A stretch of 64,000 nt of DNA, from the NCBI RefSeq assembly GCF_947568905.1, contig NC_079172.1:19840001-19904000 (forward strand), in the 5' to 3' direction. Both the position numbers and the translations under genes were made by a program. The notes under the pieces are model-generated. The model searched no databases. It was not told the DNA's origin and saw only the letters and a program-made list of their open reading frames with translations. The DNA comes from Ostrea edulis. Taxonomy: Eukaryota. Positions 59,854 to 64,000 of the stretch are shown in pieces; the stretch's first letter is position 1, and every line of letters begins with the position of its first letter.

Positions 59854-61908
59854 ACGGTGAAAATGCAATGTTATCATCTATTTTTATGTAACATTTGAAA
59901 TTCTTATTTTCACATTCTCTGAGGAGTTTTTGAAATGGTTTGGTATCTAAAGCCCCACACCAAAGAAACTTGTGTCCAAACCCTTTGTATGAGTATTTAT
60001 ACATACATGTAAGTTATATTCAAAACAAAGCGAAACATTTATCATCGACTGAAATTAGACGATAGGTAGATATAGGGGATGTCACACATATACAGAAACT
60101 GATATTGTTGTATATAAAAATCTCAGTTGACATTGAGTGCATTTTATGATCGAAAGACAAACTATTGTTTACTTTTTAATCACTTATGGAGTAAATCATC
60201 AGATATGTCGATTTTTTATTATTCTTACAGAGACTAGTACTTAAATTAAATAGAGAGAAATGAATCGAGCGTATATATTTTCCCTTTAATGTTGTACCAG
60301 ATTCGCACGAATAGATAAAATAATCTGCGAGTGAATCGCCTGACCCCCTGTGTACGCTACCAATACCATCGTGTACTAATTTAATTTACTAACTTATGAG
60401 GATCTACTAAAACCTCAGATATACCCCACGAGGAAATACATGCTTATTCAGTCATATTTGAATAAAAGGTCCCATTAAATTCGAATTTCTTCTGTCCGTT
60501 TGTATACGTGCATGTGACAAATCCTGTGAGAAGTAGTATTTCAAAACATTGCTCAAAGGTTGATGTTCAAGAAGAATACTCTTTAAATTAAAGTACTATC
60601 TATACATAGAACAGAGTACTTGACTTTCATACCGTCTGCATAAGTAATATTTTACTACATTATATGTATACTTCTGTACAAGTCGTATTTCACTGTACTT
60701 GGCCAAATCCGTTTCTAGGTAAAAGTTCACTTCAGTGTCTCCGCCTTGTGAGTGCGCACGTGCGGGACATACAATTTGAAAACTTACCTTTTAAATAAAA
60801 ACTGTTATAAATTACTTCTGTACAGAGTCCGTAGAAATATCAGATTCAAGCAAGCTGGTTGGTTTTGTTTGCTTTAATGTTTTAGCTATTTATTTTTTCT
60901 AAATATCAAAGTATTTTTATAGATGGATATTTTCTCTCAGCATTGGAATGGCGTGGAGACGCTGCTATAAATAACCACTGCTTGGTACTTTAACGATACG
61001 AATTCCGTTGGTGATGAAGACTGTTCTTAATTTTTATTTATCTATTTTGCTAAATGATTCCACTTTTAATAATACACGTCATTCTTTCATTTCAGACCAA
61101 CACAAGTTTAAAGGGAGGCTTTAATTAGCAACAACCACGCTCGCTAGGTGGCGCGTCATGTTCTATTTTTATTTCTACAGGAAAAGTGGGACGAGGTTCC
61201 ACCCTATTTTTTACGGGCTAGTATGAATAAACCTAGAGCCTACGAATGATGCGAAGTTGATCGTTCGGATCTAAAATAGCTATATTTAGCGTATTTCACG
61301 TGATTAGGCACATTCCAGAAAATCCCTTTGAGATTGAAGCGATTAAGCAGAGCGAGTATATGTAAACATTTACTTAACGGTGAAATACGCAACAAAGAGT
61401 GACATATTGATACATTTTATGCATGAACAAATTATACTGAGGTCAAACATGGACGATAATTGCCCGTGTTCATATAGTATTTGATTGATTTAGATATCCA
61501 GGGAAAGATAACTCCCATTATTAACGTACTCACAACGTACCGGTGGTATACATTAATACAATGTTTATACATTTCTGAATGGTGAGTGAATCTTTATTTT
61601 CATCAGAATCTTTTCCATCAGACTCACAGACCAGGTCCCCATACCCCTACCAGTGTCAAGCTGTGACTGATAACAGTGCGGTATTTAATTTGATATAGTC
61701 TAGAGGAAATTCGAAATATGGTAGTGACATTTCTTCCTCACTGAATTAGCTGGATTTTTAGCGTTTAAAGAAAAGTGGGGTATGGACTGGGGGGTTAAAA
61801 ATGTTATTTGCCAAATTTTCAACAATATTAATTACAAGGTAAGGCAAAAGGGGTCATAAGCTACAGATGATGCAATTTTCTTAATTAGTGACTTACTTAC
61901 AGATAAAT

Positions 61909-61944
61909 CACGGACCTATATACTAGTTAGTATATAGGTCCCTG
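61909..61944. mobile_element. 36-bp palindromic mini-element with a 7-bp flanking direct repeat
   Basis: cacggacctatatact-agtt-agtatataggtccctg, with gataaat at 61902-61908 and 61945-61951. Confidence 0.6.
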
Positions 61945-62595
61945 GATAAATAAAGTAACTTACAAATATTTTATTTATTTATTTAACTATCATTTCATTC
62001 CATTTTTTTTAATATCATGGTTTTTACTTGAAGAGTCATCGCAATAAAGTGACATTAATTATTAGTGTTACAAAAATATCTGATCATGCAGTTTTTAAAT
62101 TTCTGAATTTTGAAAAAATAAAAATAAATAAATAATAGATTCTGATACCACTCAGCACCCTGACTGGCCAGATAATTCTGCTTCTGTCAATTCTGATGCA
62201 ACTAGCTCAGCCCCCAGACTGGCCAGAGAGTCCACTGTTTCGGTAAATTCTGATAATGATGCAACTCAGCCCCCCCCCCCCCCCCCCCCCCGACAGCTCT
62301 ACCAGAAGTTCTCGGAAAAGACTTGCTGATGTTTAATAAATCAGTTTTCCTATTAATTTTACTTTTGCTCCTGTTCATCAGTTCATTAGGCTATGGCCCA
62401 ATCTGATTAAATTTAAGATCGTTGATCCGCTCCGTATTCCTCTTCCTTTCCTGTATCTGTGAAGTCCAGATACAACTAAGAATGTTCATGGAACAATTTA
62501 GTATTAATTGTTTTCCTTTTATGTTGTATGCCTTATTTCAAGAAATAACTTTCAGGTCAGTTTTTAATGTGAAATGGAACATTTTCAATTTTTGA

Positions 62596-62922
62596 CAACC
62601 TGACGGTAGGGGTGTTTAAGACACTATACCTCATTTTCTGTAAGAAAGTGGAGTAAAAGGAATTCAGAATTGGATTCAGCATACTCAAAATTGGTAATTA
62701 CACCTGCTTTTTATTGTTTTGGGTAATGGTGTTTCAAGAAATAAAGTTGGGTCACTTTTTGATGCGAAATGAAACATTTTCCGTTTTTAGCAACCTGACG
62801 GTAGGGGTGTTTAAGACACTATACCTCATTTTCTATAAGAAATTGGAGTATAAGAAATCCAGATTTGAAATCAGCATACTCAAAATTGGTAATTGCACCT
62901 GATTTTTATTGTTTTGGGTAAT
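62596..62922. repeat. Two copies of a 195-bp-period repeat
   Basis: caacctgacggtaggggtgtttaagacactatacc... at 62596 and 62791. Confidence 0.85.
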
Positions 62923-63270
62923 TTTTAAAAAATGGGTGGTGGTTGCTACTTTAATTGTAATTTTGTCACCAAAAATGGAATTCAATGAAAATTGCTCTAC
63001 ATTACATGTCTCGGTAATAACGCCAGTATTTAATTATTTTAAACACCTTTTAACCTCAAAGTAGGCACATGAATATGTAATTTTGGTGATTAAATAATTA
63101 TTGACTTGCAAACCAATAGTACTTTGTATATATTTCTTTACACTAAAATCATGTATCTAACGTAGTTTCATTAGGTTTCTTTTGTTTTCGTACAAAATAA
63201 ATGTTTTTGTTAGTCATCTGATATACATTCCTATGTCATCGAGATATATCCCTATCTCATTGTGAGATTT

Positions 63271-63600
63271 ACCGCCGCGGTGGTCTAGAGGTTAGAGCGT
63301 TCGCCCCGCATGCGGAAGGTCTGAGTTCGAATCCCGGCCGCGACAGACGTAAGCCGTTAAAACATCGCCAAAAGCTCGACATCAGGTGTGAATGTCACGG
63401 GTCCTCGGAAATGACCTTAAAAACGGATGTCCCGTGTCACAGTAGGTGTGGCACGCTAAACTCACTCACTACTCAATAGCCGTAAGCGCCGAGCAGAGGC
63501 CTACATTTGAAGACCTTCACCGTTTCTTGGTGACGCATCCATATGAGTGAAAAATTCTCGATACATTAAATAAGATACACACAATCAGTCAGTCAATCAT
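63271..63600 (+). mobile_element. tRNA-derived SINE (same family as 53796)
   Basis: accgccgcggtggtctagaggttagagcgttcgccccgcatgcggaagg...gttcgaatcc ... tcaatc tail. Confidence 0.9.
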
Positions 63601-64000
63601 AAAAAGATTTCGAGAAAAAAAATGGTTGAAAAAATGGTTGTCATCACTTCCACAGCTAATGCTCCTTTAAAAGTTAACGTCTCTTGTCGAATGTTTCGAC
63701 AGATATTTTTCGAGCTTACATTGTAAGAATACTGATATTCTTCCTGAAGCCTGGGATTCGTCTACATAATGACCTAAATTAGACATGATAACATTTAATG
63801 GTAATTAATATACGGTCGTTCAGTGAATACTCGCCATTTCTAATCGATTTTGACGAGGTTTTGCACTTAAGCTATAAATGAATATGACCATGCAGGTATC
63901 GTTTAATAAGTTCTAATAGCCGGTTTATTCCATCAAATTATAAACAAACACTGCCGTCGCTAGTTTCTTTCAACAAGGTCTTGCATTTTAGCTGCAAACA

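Noticed and set aside
62138-62335. Ser/Asp/Pro-rich coding-like tandem segment with a C-run
   Set aside because: Low complexity, frame ambiguous across the poly-C run, and no linked exons; probably a transposon remnant.

Overview
AT-rich eukaryotic genomic DNA, probably from a bivalve mollusc such as an oyster (inferred from the repeat families and the TNF architecture). It contains one 131-N assembly gap. Three protein-coding genes can be built by hand, all on the minus strand: (1) a 6-exon gene (6770->1464) for a 139-aa secreted protein with 10 cysteines that I cannot assign to a family; (2) a C2H2 zinc-finger gene with its CDS in a single exon (25577->24732); (3) a 3-exon type II membrane TNF-superfamily ligand (56186->43654, 338 aa) with a TATA box and an IRF-type element upstream. 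A fourth, two-exon ORF (about 23248->22564) is a weaker candidate. The rest is densely nested mobile DNA: RTE and RTE-X-like LINE pieces, Penelope-like 3' fragments (one with a twin-priming inversion), several SINE families, MULE-, Kolobok-, Harbinger- and Crypton-like non-autonomous elements, Helentron-type elements carrying satellite arrays, and minisatellites. The most notable non-coding feature is a 346-bp direct repeat in TNF intron 1 carrying two minimal type I hammerhead ribozymes, the layout of a metazoan retrozyme. All calls come from manual reading and translation; no database search or folding program was run.
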